Below are positions 20,023 through 29,183 of a stretch of 64,000 nt of DNA, in pieces (position 1 is the stretch's first letter; each line of letters starts with the position of its first letter). The translations under genes were made by a program, and so were the position numbers. Under the pieces are notes generated by a model. The model did not search any database and was not told the DNA's origin. It saw only the letters and a list, made by a program, of their open reading frames with translations. Origin of the DNA: Erysipelotrichaceae bacterium (GTDB lineage: Bacteria > Bacillota_I > Bacilli_A > Erysipelotrichales > Erysipelotrichaceae); contig JAFWDT010000007.1 in assembly GCA_017516045.1 (NCBI GenBank), forward strand, positions 47,954-111,953. Reading direction: 5' to 3'.

Positions 20023-20481
20023 ATGGAATTAAGTGAATTAAGCAGACTGGCTGAGAACATATTTAAAAAACATGGAATAGCCAGACATCAGATCAGATGG
20101 ATCCCCGGAAAAGTGGGAACATTGGAAGTTATGATCATGAAGGAAGACGGCAGCATGGATATGGATACCTGTGCACTTGTATCTCAGGATCTGTCAAAAA
20201 TGCTGGATGAGATCGATTATTCAGACGCAGCATACAATCTGGATGTCTGCTCATTCGGAGCAGAACAGCCATTGCAGGTTGAGGAACTGGATGATCACAT
20301 TGATGCTTACATTCATGTTGAATTGAAGAATCCTGCCAAGGGCATGGACATGCTGGAAGGTACTCTCAGGGAGAGTAAGGAAAAGACGATTACCATGGAA
20401 TACATGGATAAAGGAAGAAAAAAGACAGCTGAAATAGAAAAGGATAACATCAGATTTGTCAGAACAGCTGTGAAGTTATAG
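20023..20481 (+). CDS. rimP: ribosome maturation factor RimP
   Basis: 152 aa in the conserved position upstream of nusA. GGAGGAG SD. Confidence 0.88.
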   Translation: MELSELSRLAENIFKKHGIARHQIRWIPGKVGTLEVMIMKEDGSMDMDTCALVSQDLSKMLDEIDYSDAAYNLDVCSFGAEQPLQVEELDDHIDAYIHVELKNPAKGMDMLEGTLRESKEKTITMEYMDKGRKKTAEIEKDNIRFVRTAVKL

Positions 20482-20490
20482 GAGAAGGGT

Positions 20491-22185
20491 ATGAGAACAA
20501 AGAAAGATAACACTCCATCAGTAAATGAAGCATGGAGTGAGATAGTCAACAATAAGCTTATTCCTCAGGAAGTTTTCCAGGAAGCTTTGAAGGAAAGTAT
20601 CGTTAAGGCTTACCGCAAGCACATTAACTGCCCTGATGCAGAAGTGAGAGTTGAACTGCATCCTGACGGAAAGATGGATGTATATCAGCAGCGTAAGGTC
20701 ATCGATACTGAAGTTGAAGATGATGAAATCGAGATTTCACTCGAAGATGCTCAGGCAATCAATCCTGAACTGAAAGTCGGTGACATTCTGGAAGAAGCTG
20801 TCAGCATCGCTGATTTCGGCCGTGCAACAGTATCTCTGGCTAAGAATGTCATGCTTCAGAAAATCAAGGAAGCCAGCAAGCAGATCGTCTTTGATGAATA
20901 CAGTGACAAGATTGATGACATTACCTGGGGAACAGTTCAGACCGTAGAAGACAAGTATACTCTGATCCAGTTAGACAAGACTCTGGCCATGATGCCTAAG
21001 AGTGAACAGATCCCTGGCGAAAGACTTACAGATGGCCAGAGAATCAGAGTTCTGATCAAGTCAGTTGCCAAGGAAACAAAGGGTGCTCAGGTTATAGTTT
21101 CCAGAGCCAGTGCCAATCTGGTCAAGAGACTGTTTGAAATCACCATTACCGAAATTTATGACGGTACGGTTGAAGTCAAGGCCATTGCCAGAGAAGCTGG
21201 TGAAAGAACAAAGATGGCTGTTTACTCAAAGAATCCTAACGTTGACGCTGTTGGCTCATGCATTGGCCATCAGGGACAGCGTGTCAAAGACGTACTTGAG
21301 GAAATTACTAAGTATTCCAATTCCGATGAAAGAATCGATGTTGTTGAATGGAGTCCGAATATTGTCGAATTCGTTAAGAACATCATGAAACCGGCTGAAA
21401 TACTTGGTGTTCTGCCATCAGGTGACAGCGGCAACCTGCTGCTGGTCGTAGAAAATGAAAAACTGTCACAGGCTATCGGTAAAAGAGGCATCAATGCCAG
21501 ACTTGCCAGCAAGCTTATGAACAGAAAAATCGATATCAAGAGTGTTGCAGAAGTTCAGGAAATGGGCATTGACTGGGTAAGTGAAGCACAGGCCTTCGCT
21601 GCCAAGGAAGAAGCTTTACGCAAGCAGAGAGCTATCGAGGAAATGAAGGCTGCTGCTGAAAAGAAAGCTGCTGAAGAAGCTGCCAAGGCTGCTGAACAGC
21701 TTGAACAGGCTGAAGAAGAACCAGTTATTGAAGAAACCGTCACTGCTGAACCAACTGTTGTTGAAGAACCGGTTGTTGAGGAAACAGTTGTTGCTGAACC
21801 AGTTGCTGAAGAAGTCAGGGAAGCTGAAGAGACCGTTGAAGAAGTTCCGGCAGAAGAACCTGTTCAGGAACAGGAGACTGTCAAGAAGCGCAAACCTAAA
21901 CTTGAAAAAGCCAGTGAATATGTTTCCAAGTATGAAGAGCTTGCTGATGCCAGAAAGTCTCAGCAGCAGACCACATCATCCAGACGCAGGAAAACTACCA
22001 AGGAAGATGAAGAAGCTGCCGAACTCAGAAGAAAGCTTGAAGAACTCAGAAATCAGGAATACCAGATCAAGCCTGAGTATACTGAAGAAGAACTGGAGGA
22101 CTTCAACAATGATGATGAGGAACACTGGTATGATGAAGACATCGATTACGATGATTACGATGATTACTACGACGATGAGGAATAG
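20491..22185 (+). CDS. nusA: transcription termination/antitermination factor NusA with a long acidic C-terminal extension
   Basis: 564 aa. The NTD, S1 and KH1/KH2 core (…AIGKRGINARLASKL…) ends near residue 360. The remainder is low-complexity and E/A/V/P-rich, ending DIDYDDYDDYYDDEE. Confidence 0.93.
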   Translation: MRTKKDNTPSVNEAWSEIVNNKLIPQEVFQEALKESIVKAYRKHINCPDAEVRVELHPDGKMDVYQQRKVIDTEVEDDEIEISLEDAQAINPELKVGDILEEAVSIADFGRATVSLAKNVMLQKIKEASKQIVFDEYSDKIDDITWGTVQTVEDKYTLIQLDKTLAMMPKSEQIPGERLTDGQRIRVLIKSVAKETKGAQVIVSRASANLVKRLFEITITEIYDGTVEVKAIAREAGERTKMAVYSKNPNVDAVGSCIGHQGQRVKDVLEEITKYSNSDERIDVVEWSPNIVEFVKNIMKPAEILGVLPSGDSGNLLLVVENEKLSQAIGKRGINARLASKLMNRKIDIKSVAEVQEMGIDWVSEAQAFAAKEEALRKQRAIEEMKAAAEKKAAEEAAKAAEQLEQAEEEPVIEETVTAEPTVVEEPVVEETVVAEPVAEEVREAEETVEEVPAEEPVQEQETVKKRKPKLEKASEYVSKYEELADARKSQQQTTSSRRRKTTKEDEEAAELRRKLEELRNQEYQIKPEYTEEELEDFNNDDEEHWYDEDIDYDDYDDYYDDEE

Positions 22186-22187
22186 AA

Positions 22188-22439
22188 ATGCGTAAGATTC
22201 CAATGCGTAAATGCGTTATTACGAATGAACGCTTTCCGAAAAACGAACTTATCCGAGTAGTCAGAACGCCTGAGGGAGAAATAGTTGTTGATCCGACAGG
22301 CAGAAAAAACGGTCATGGTGCATATCTCAGAAAAGATCTTGAGGTAATTGCCGCGGCCAGAAAGAAAAAAACACTGAACAGGATACTTGAGACTGAGATT
22401 CCTGATTCAGTTTATGATGAGCTTGAAAAATTGATCTAA
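22188..22439 (+). CDS. ylxR: YlxR/RnpM family RNA-binding protein (DUF448)
   Basis: 83 aa with the MRKIPMRKCVITNERFPKNELIRVV signature, between nusA and infB. Confidence 0.9.
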   Translation: MRKIPMRKCVITNERFPKNELIRVVRTPEGEIVVDPTGRKNGHGAYLRKDLEVIAAARKKKTLNRILETEIPDSVYDELEKLI

Positions 22440-22461
22440 ATCAGAGAAAGGTGGTGCTTAG

Positions 22462-24285
22462 ATGGCTAAGAAAGTCAATCGTAAAAACAACAACAGAAAC
22501 AGAAGGGCGGATTATGATAATCAGCCGAGACACAGTGAGGTAGTGAAGGATTGTACATACCAGGATGGCATCACTGTAAAGGAATTAGCCAGCAAGATTG
22601 GAAAATCTCCTGCTGAAATCATCAAGTTCCTGTTTTTAATGGACAAGATGGTTACCATCAATGCCGTGCTTGATGACGATCTCATTCAGCTGATCGCCAT
22701 GCAGTACAATATCACTATTACCAAGGAAGAACCTGAGGATGAATTCTCTCTGGAAGATGAGGAAGACGATCCTGAGGATCTGGTTGCCAGAGCTCCAGTC
22801 GTAACCATCATGGGACATGTTGACCATGGTAAGACTACGTTGCTTGACAATATCAGAAAATCCCATGTTACCGAGGGAGAATTCGGCGGCATTACACAGC
22901 ATATCGGTGCCTATCAGGTAGATGTAAAGGGACAGAAGGTCACTTTCCTGGATACCCCTGGTCATGAAGCTTTCACGGCTATGAGAGCCAGAGGCGCCAA
23001 GATGACTGACATAGTTGTCATAGTTGTCGCTGCTGATGACGGTGTCATGCCGCAGACAAAGGAAGCTATTGACCATGCCAGAGCTGCAGGTGTGCCTATG
23101 ATCGTTGCCGTAAACAAGATCGATAAGCATAATGCTAATGTTGACAAAGTCTACAGTGAACTGGCTGACTATGATCTGATGCCTGAAGAATGGGGTGGAT
23201 CAACCATGTTTGCCAAGATGAGTGCCAAGCAGGGAATCGGTGTTGACAACCTGCTGGAAATGATCCTGCTGCAGGCAGAGGTCATGGAGCTGAAGGCAAA
23301 TCCTAACAAATCTGCAACCGGTACTGTTGTTGAAGCCAAGCTTGATAAGGGCAGAGGCTCAGTAGCTACACTGCTGGTACAGAACGGTACTCTGCATACA
23401 GGAGATATGGTTGTTTGCGGAACATGCTATGGACGTATCAGAAAGATGACAGATGACAAGGGCATGGAGATCACTTCTGCCAAACCGTCAACTCCTGTTG
23501 AAATAATCGGTCTGGACAGTGTTCCTGAAGCCGGCGATCCGTTTAAGGTATTCTCTACTGAAAAGCGGGCCAGAAAGATTGCTGAAGAAAGAATGCAGCT
23601 TAAGGTTGATGCTGAAAGAAGAGCTAATCCGGTTTCAATGGATGATCTGGCTGATCAGATCAGAGAAGGCTCATTGCAGGAAGTCAACATTATCATTAAG
23701 GCTGATGTCAATGGATCTGCAGAAGCAGTAAGAAGCTCAATGGAAAAGTTATCTGTAGGTGATGTCAGGACACATGTTATCAGAGCTACGGCAGGTGCCA
23801 TTTCTGAAAGTGACATCATGTTAGCGAACGCATCCAATGCCATTATCTATGGCTTTAACGTCAGACCTACTGCTGCCGTAAAGAAACTTGCTGAGGAAAA
23901 CGGAGTTTCAATCAGACTGCACAACATCATCTATAAGGCTCTTGAAGAACTTGAAATGATGATGAAGGGTATGCTGGCTCCGGTTTATGAAGAAGTCGTA
24001 ATCGGCCAGGCATCTGTAAAACAGCTGTTCAAGGTATCAAAGATCGGTACAATTGCCGGTTGTATGGTCGATGACGGTGTGATCAGAAGAACATGTAAGG
24101 TCAGACTGATCAGAGACGGTGTTGTAATCTATACAGGTAACCTCGGATCTTTACAGAGATTTAAGGATAATGCCAGAGAAGTTTCAGCCGGTTATGAATG
24201 CGGTCTGACAATTGAAAGATTCAATGACATTAAGGAAGGCGACATTATTGAAGCCTTTGAGGATCAGGAAGTCAAGGAGGATTAG
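22462..24285 (+). CDS. infB: translation initiation factor IF-2
   Basis: 607 aa with G motifs [14 protein letters not shown] and NKID, and a short N-terminal region. Confidence 0.97.
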   Translation: MAKKVNRKNNNRNRRADYDNQPRHSEVVKDCTYQDGITVKELASKIGKSPAEIIKFLFLMDKMVTINAVLDDDLIQLIAMQYNITITKEEPEDEFSLEDEEDDPEDLVARAPVVTIMGHVDHGKTTLLDNIRKSHVTEGEFGGITQHIGAYQVDVKGQKVTFLDTPGHEAFTAMRARGAKMTDIVVIVVAADDGVMPQTKEAIDHARAAGVPMIVAVNKIDKHNANVDKVYSELADYDLMPEEWGGSTMFAKMSAKQGIGVDNLLEMILLQAEVMELKANPNKSATGTVVEAKLDKGRGSVATLLVQNGTLHTGDMVVCGTCYGRIRKMTDDKGMEITSAKPSTPVEIIGLDSVPEAGDPFKVFSTEKRARKIAEERMQLKVDAERRANPVSMDDLADQIREGSLQEVNIIIKADVNGSAEAVRSSMEKLSVGDVRTHVIRATAGAISESDIMLANASNAIIYGFNVRPTAAVKKLAEENGVSIRLHNIIYKALEELEMMMKGMLAPVYEEVVIGQASVKQLFKVSKIGTIAGCMVDDGVIRRTCKVRLIRDGVVIYTGNLGSLQRFKDNAREVSAGYECGLTIERFNDIKEGDIIEAFEDQEVKED

Positions 24286-24288
24286 TGC

Positions 24289-24648
24289 ATGGCAAGAAAA
24301 CCAAGCCTTAAGAGCGAGCGAGTTGCCAGCATAATCAAAAGATGCGTTTCCGAACTTCTGACGACTGAGCTGAATGACCCGAAACTCGGTTTCGTAACAG
24401 TTACTGATGTTGAGGTCAGTAATGATCTCTCATTTGCCAAGGTTTTTGTAACTTTCCTGGGCAAACAGGAAAGAAACGATGCGGGATTGAGAACTTTGGA
24501 AAAAGCCAAGGGACGTATCAGAAGTTACGTCAGCAAGCATCTGGACACAAAAAAATGCCCGGAACTGACCTTCCTGCAGGATGAAAGTCTGGAAACAGGC
24601 AACCGTATTGAAAGCATTATTAACAAATTAAATGGTAAGGATGATTAA
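24289..24648 (+). CDS. rbfA: ribosome-binding factor A
   Basis: 119 aa in the conserved position after infB. AAGGAGG SD. Confidence 0.92.
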   Translation: MARKPSLKSERVASIIKRCVSELLTTELNDPKLGFVTVTDVEVSNDLSFAKVFVTFLGKQERNDAGLRTLEKAKGRIRSYVSKHLDTKKCPELTFLQDESLETGNRIESIINKLNGKDD

Positions 24649-24660
24649 TCCTTACCATTT
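24630..24660. terminator. 13-bp perfect palindrome, putative bidirectional terminator spanning the rbfA and ispG stop codons
   Basis: AAATGGTAAGGAT-gatta-ATCCTTACCATTT. Both stop codons lie in or next to the 5-nt loop. T-rich flanks on both strands. Confidence 0.55.
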
Positions 24661-25715
24661 TCTGTTAATGCGAGTATTTCTTTTTTCAGGGTATCCATGA
24701 TTTCTTCCTGTTTTATCTTGCGGACGATCTCACCGTGTCTGAACAGGATGGCTTCCTTATTTCCACCGGCAACCCCGATATCTGCGTCTCTGGCTTCCCC
24801 AGGACCGTTGACGACACAGCCCATTACGGCAACTTTTATGTCGCTGTGAACGGTTTTAAGGAAATCCTCAACTTCATGCATTATCGGCATGACATCATAC
24901 TGCAGACGGCCGCAGGTTGGACAGCTTACCAGATCAGGAACGCCTTTTATAAGGTCAAAAGCCTTAAGCAGTTTCTTGGCAGCTTCAACTTCGTGAGTGC
25001 AGTCATCGGAAATTGAGATCCTGATAGTATCTCCAATGCCGTCGTGAAGCAGTGTTCCCAGGGCAGCAGATGACTTGATCAGGCTGTAATCTTTGGTCCC
25101 GGCTTCGGTCAGTCCCAGATGAAGAGGGTAATTCCATTTTTCTGCAGCCAGTCGATATGTATCGATGGTTATAGGAACATTTGATGACTTAAATGAAAGA
25201 CAGATGTCATGAAAACCAAGCTCTTCCAGAATATCAATGTGTTTCTGGGCAGATTCGATCATGGCTTCCGGACAGCAGCGTCCATACTTTTCATAGAGTT
25301 CCTTTTCAAGAGATCCGCTGTTAATGCCGATTCTGATTGGAACATTGTATTTCTGACATTCTTTTACCACGGCTTCCACATTTGACTTGGCGCCTATGTT
25401 GCCGGGATTGATCCTGATCTTGCTGGCACCGCTATGAATAGCCATTATGGCGAGACGGTAGTTGAAATGAATGTCGGCTACCAGGGGAATGTTGATCCTT
25501 GATGTGATATCCTTTATTGCCAGGGCATCTTTTTCATCCAGAACAGCTACTCTGATGAGCTGACAGCCGATCCGTTCCAGCTCATTGATCATTCTGACAG
25601 TTGCTTCGACATCCTTGGTTTTGGTGTTAGTCATTGACTGAATAATAACGTTATTACTGCCGCCGATACTGATGTTTCCAACGGTAATTTTTCTGGTTTC
25701 TGTTCTCTTATACAT
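24645..25715 (-). CDS. ispG: 4-hydroxy-3-methylbut-2-en-1-yl diphosphate synthase IspG (GcpE)
   Basis: 356 aa with a TIM-barrel N-domain and a C-terminal 4Fe-4S motif CPTCGR...GCVVNGPGE. Confidence 0.95.
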   Translation of the reverse strand: MYKRTETRKITVGNISIGGSNNVIIQSMTNTKTKDVEATVRMINELERIGCQLIRVAVLDEKDALAIKDITSRINIPLVADIHFNYRLAIMAIHSGASKIRINPGNIGAKSNVEAVVKECQKYNVPIRIGINSGSLEKELYEKYGRCCPEAMIESAQKHIDILEELGFHDICLSFKSSNVPITIDTYRLAAEKWNYPLHLGLTEAGTKDYSLIKSSAALGTLLHDGIGDTIRISISDDCTHEVEAAKKLLKAFDLIKGVPDLVSCPTCGRLQYDVMPIMHEVEDFLKTVHSDIKVAVMGCVVNGPGEARDADIGVAGGNKEAILFRHGEIVRKIKQEEIMDTLKKEILALTENGKD

Positions 25716-25761
25716 ACCAATACCTCGTAATAATTATAACTAATAATACTTTAAAAAACTA

Positions 25762-25791
25762 TTGTCTTTTTATGTCATATTATGGTATGAT
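25762..25791 (+). promoter_or_regulatory. promoter of rpmG
   Basis: TTGTCT, 18-nt spacer, TGgTATGAT extended -10. Confidence 0.45.
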
Positions 25792-25823
25792 ACTTAAGCA
25801 TACATAAAACGGAGGGAGTTATT

Positions 25824-25973
25824 GTGAGAGAAAACGTAATTTTCAAGTGTACAGAATGCGGCGAAGAAAACTACTTAGGCAGTCGTAATAAAAGAAAACA
25901 TCCTGAAAAAATGGAAGTTAAGAAGTATTGCCCACGTTGCAATAAAATGACAACACATAAGGAGAAAAAATAA
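25824..25973 (+). CDS. rpmG: 50S ribosomal protein L33 (zinc-ribbon form)
   Basis: Below the ORF-track cutoff. GTG start 7 nt after GGAGGGAG. Translation is VRENVIFKCTECGEENYLGSRNKRKHPEKMEVKKYCPRCNKMTTHKEKK (49 aa, CxxC...CxxC). Confidence 0.9.
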   Translation: MRENVIFKCTECGEENYLGSRNKRKHPEKMEVKKYCPRCNKMTTHKEKK

Positions 25974-25996
25974 GCCTGCCATAGGGCTTTTTTCTT
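25972..25996 (+). terminator. weak intrinsic terminator after rpmG
   Basis: AAGCCT-gccata-GGGCTT followed by a TTTTTC run. Short stem. Confidence 0.4.
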
Positions 25997-26605
25997 ATGT
26001 CAGTTAAAGTAGAGACCCTGGTTCTGGGGAATATTGAGACTAACTGTTATCTTGTCAGTACACCGGATACCTTACTGGTGATAGATCCGGGTTTTTCACC
26101 GCGTCGCATAATGGAAAAGATCAACAGCAGATATAATGGAAAACTGACTGCCGTATTGCTTACACATGGACATTTTGATCATATCGGTGCCGTAGATGCC
26201 CTGGTCAGAACCTATCACTGTCCGGTTTATGGCTGTCAGGATGACGAGAAACTGTTTACAGAGTCTTCGTTTAATACCATGTTCTTTCAGACAGCAACCG
26301 TCAGAAGTGAGATCATATGGCTTGAAGGTCCGGAAATCATGATAGGAGATATCAATATTAAGGTCCACTATACTCCAGGGCATTCTCCGGGTTCCGTAAT
26401 GTTTGAAATTGACGATAAGCTGTTTGCCGGTGATACAGTCTTCTTCGAAAGTGTAGGAAGAACTGATCTTTATGGCGGTTCTTTTTCTCAGTTGAAACAG
26501 TCTTTGATGATACTGAATGAACTTCCGTATGATATGGTTATTTACCCCGGACATGGTGAAACAACTACTGTTGGACACGAACTGCAGTACAATCCGTATT
26601 TATAA
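25997..26605 (+). CDS. MBL-fold metallo-hydrolase (glyoxalase II-like, YqgX-like)
   Basis: 202 aa with the THGHFDHIGA motif. Confidence 0.88.
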   Translation: MSVKVETLVLGNIETNCYLVSTPDTLLVIDPGFSPRRIMEKINSRYNGKLTAVLLTHGHFDHIGAVDALVRTYHCPVYGCQDDEKLFTESSFNTMFFQTATVRSEIIWLEGPEIMIGDINIKVHYTPGHSPGSVMFEIDDKLFAGDTVFFESVGRTDLYGGSFSQLKQSLMILNELPYDMVIYPGHGETTTVGHELQYNPYL

Positions 26606-26627
26606 GCGCTCAGGCGCTTTTTTTTAG
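26605..26627 (+). terminator. intrinsic terminator after the MBL hydrolase gene
   Basis: AAGCGC-tcag-GCGCTT followed by T8. Confidence 0.7.
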
Positions 26628-26671
26628 GGAAAAAACCGCTGATGACCAATTCAGTATTGAAGGTGGTCAAT

Positions 26672-27634
26672 ATGGAACATAGGTTTGAAGAACTGCTGAA
26701 AACAGCTCTTTATCACAAAGTGACAGACATTCACTTTAATATCACTGAGCATGTAACCAGAATTCAGATGAGAGGCATCAACGGCTTAATGGAAGTTGAG
26801 AGTTCCGGTGAAGATGAAAGGCTGTTTAACTATCTTGAATACCAGGCTAATCTTGACATTACCAGCTTCAACAAGCCGCAGACCGGTGCTTTCAGTTATT
26901 TTTATGGTGGAGAATCCTATGATTTCCGCTTTGCCGTAATTGAAACCAGAAGACAGAGAACAGGGGTATTGAGAATCCTGAACTGTCAGCAGGGGCTAAG
27001 GCTTGATCAGCTTACTTATGACAGGGAATGCCTGGAGACTTTCAGAAAATGGCTGAAGAGAAAAACGGGTCTGATTCTTTTTACTGGCTTAACTGGAAGC
27101 GGGAAGACTACCACATTGTATTCACTTTTAAATACCGTCAGTGGAAAGACCATCTACTCTCTTGAGGATCCCATTGAAGTGGTACAGAGTAACATGATTC
27201 AGCTGGAAATAAACGATAAAACAGGTTTCGGATATGATGAAGGCATTAAGCAGATTTTAAGGCATAATCCTGACATGATAATGATTGGAGAAATCAGAGA
27301 TGAACTTACGGCACAGATGTGCATCAGGGCAGCGCTGACTGGATGTCTGGTACTGAGCAGTCTGCATGCCAGAAGCTGTACCACAGCTATAAACAGGCTG
27401 ACGGAACTGGGAGTAAAAAAGGAAGATCTGAGGGATTGTGCTGTAGGCATTGTTAACCAGAGGCTGGTAAAGCTGAGAAAAACTGCTGGCTATACATGCG
27501 TTTACGATATTCTGCAGGATGAAGAGCTTTTTAACTGTTTCAATGATCCCTTACCGTTTGCCAAACGCATGGACGAAAAGCTTCTGAGGGCAATTAAAGC
27601 GGGAATAATTGCAGATGAAGAAGGAATTGTCTGA
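26672..27634 (+). CDS. comGA: competence pseudopilus assembly ATPase ComGA (GspE/PilB family)
   Basis: Walker A GLTGSGKTTT, Walker B DMIMIGEIRD and His box SSLHA. Start taken at ATG 26672 (AAGGTGG SD) rather than 26642. Confidence 0.88.
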   Translation: MEHRFEELLKTALYHKVTDIHFNITEHVTRIQMRGINGLMEVESSGEDERLFNYLEYQANLDITSFNKPQTGAFSYFYGGESYDFRFAVIETRRQRTGVLRILNCQQGLRLDQLTYDRECLETFRKWLKRKTGLILFTGLTGSGKTTTLYSLLNTVSGKTIYSLEDPIEVVQSNMIQLEINDKTGFGYDEGIKQILRHNPDMIMIGEIRDELTAQMCIRAALTGCLVLSSLHARSCTTAINRLTELGVKKEDLRDCAVGIVNQRLVKLRKTAGYTCVYDILQDEELFNCFNDPLPFAKRMDEKLLRAIKAGIIADEEGIV

Positions 27635-28592
27635 ATATCACTGGCGTCTGATTGCAAAACTGCTGTCGCGAAATTACAGTACCAGGGACGCTTTTGAATT
27701 CATGGCTAAAGCATTTCCGGACTGTCAAGAGATACATGATATTCGAAGCGGATTGGATCAGGGAATGCTTCTCAGCAATCTGATCGGTAAAGGAGAATTT
27801 GAGAAAAAGCTGAAGTTCTATCTGCAATTCATATCATTGGATAAGAGTATAAAAGTTACGGAAAATGAAATGAAAATGCAGAAGCAGGCCCGTCAGAAAA
27901 TCATCAGTAAAACTTCTTATCAGTTCATACTTATGGTTTCATCTTTGGCTGTTCTGATCCTGTTTACAAATGTAGTCCTGCCGACCATGCTTAATTCCAT
28001 CGACATCAGCAATCGGAAAACCGATGCAATCATTACAGCTTTTAACATCATTAATTTCATTAAGAATGCTGTCATCATCTTACTGGTTTTAAGTATGACT
28101 ATTATCGGATGGATCAGAATAAGAAAAAGAGAGGAATATGTCTGGATCTTCCTGCATAAATACCATTTGGATAGCTTTGCAAAGGTACTGATAACATATT
28201 CTTTTGCAATCAAACTGGATATCCTGCTTAAAAATGGGGTAAGCATTGTTGATTCGATAAGGATCCTGCGCTTTCAGAACAGCAATTCTCTGATCAGATT
28301 GCTGGCGTATCATTTTGATGAAACTCTGCTGAGTGGCGAACGGTTTGAAAAGAGTCTGGATATGGATTATTTCGATAACCGGTTTCATTCACTGTGTCTC
28401 TTTGGACTTAAGAGCGATGATTTCTGCGAGGCGCTTGAGGATTATGTCGTAATGACGGAAAGCAAAGTTGAAAACATCGTCAGCAGGTCTGTCTTTTTCT
28501 TTCAGGGGGTCTGTTACCTGTTTGTAGCTGTAATCATTGTCATGGCGTATCGGGTCTTATTGCTGCCACTGGAAATGCTGCAGCAGTTTTAA
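27615..28592 (+). CDS. comGB: competence pseudopilus platform protein ComGB (GspF family)
   Basis: About 325 aa polytopic membrane protein following comGA. Overlaps the comGA end. Confidence 0.8.
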   Translation: MKKELSEYHWRLIAKLLSRNYSTRDAFEFMAKAFPDCQEIHDIRSGLDQGMLLSNLIGKGEFEKKLKFYLQFISLDKSIKVTENEMKMQKQARQKIISKTSYQFILMVSSLAVLILFTNVVLPTMLNSIDISNRKTDAIITAFNIINFIKNAVIILLVLSMTIIGWIRIRKREEYVWIFLHKYHLDSFAKVLITYSFAIKLDILLKNGVSIVDSIRILRFQNSNSLIRLLAYHFDETLLSGERFEKSLDMDYFDNRFHSLCLFGLKSDDFCEALEDYVVMTESKVENIVSRSVFFFQGVCYLFVAVIIVMAYRVLLLPLEMLQQF

Positions 28593-28603
28593 GGAGGTGA
28601 ATT

Positions 28604-28897
28604 ATGAAAAGGGGATTTACAGTATTGGAAATGATACTGGTACTGACTGTAATATCGCTGGTTATACTGGTTACCATACCTAACATAACTCAGAAGAAAA
28701 AAGTCATTAATCAGGTTGGCTGTCAGGCTCTGGTAGAACTGATTAACGGTCAGATACTTCTTTATGATCTGGAAAACGGTGAGAAACCAGGTGATGTCTC
28801 TGATCTTGTAGCTGAAGGCTATATTACGGAAAGTCAGTGTTTCTGCCCTGATGGAACCCGTATCTCGATATATGATGGAGAAGCACACGGTGAATAA
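28604..28897 (+). CDS. comGC: major competence pseudopilin ComGC
   Basis: Class III signal peptide MKRG/FTVLEM followed by a hydrophobic helix. AAGGAGGTGA SD. Confidence 0.88.
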   Translation: MKRGFTVLEMILVLTVISLVILVTIPNITQKKKVINQVGCQALVELINGQILLYDLENGEKPGDVSDLVAEGYITESQCFCPDGTRISIYDGEAHGE

Positions 28898-29183
28898 GGG
28901 GTTTACAGCCATTGAATGTCTGCTGTGTCTGACACTGACAGCAGTACTGACAGTAGTTACGGCAGGTGCAATAAGACCGATATCTGTTAGGCAGGAAATA
29001 AACAATCAGATCAATGATATCGTGATGGATCAGTACCATGCCATTGTTGAAAATGAAAGAGTGGAAAATGAATATACCGGTTTCAACCGAAAAGGAAATG
29101 CCAGAAGCCGGGATACCATTTACATAGATGGTGTAGCTGTGATCGTTTCTCTGGGTACGGGGAGGATCTATGTTCTGGAATAA
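28872..29183 (+). CDS. comGD: minor pseudopilin ComGD
   Basis: Prepilin motif NKG/FTAIE. An alternative GTG start at 28890 (GGAG 9 nt upstream) would give MNKGFTAIE. Confidence 0.7.
   Translation: MMEKHTVNKGFTAIECLLCLTLTAVLTVVTAGAIRPISVRQEINNQINDIVMDQYHAIVENERVENEYTGFNRKGNARSRDTIYIDGVAVIVSLGTGRIYVLE

Noticed and set aside
21701-22195. 164-aa plus-strand ORF, K/L/R-rich, overlapping the 3' part of nusA in another frame.
   Set aside because: This is a frame-shifted reading of the GAA/GAG-rich acidic tail, so Glu codons read as Lys/Arg/Asn. It has no SD and low-complexity composition. It is a shadow ORF.
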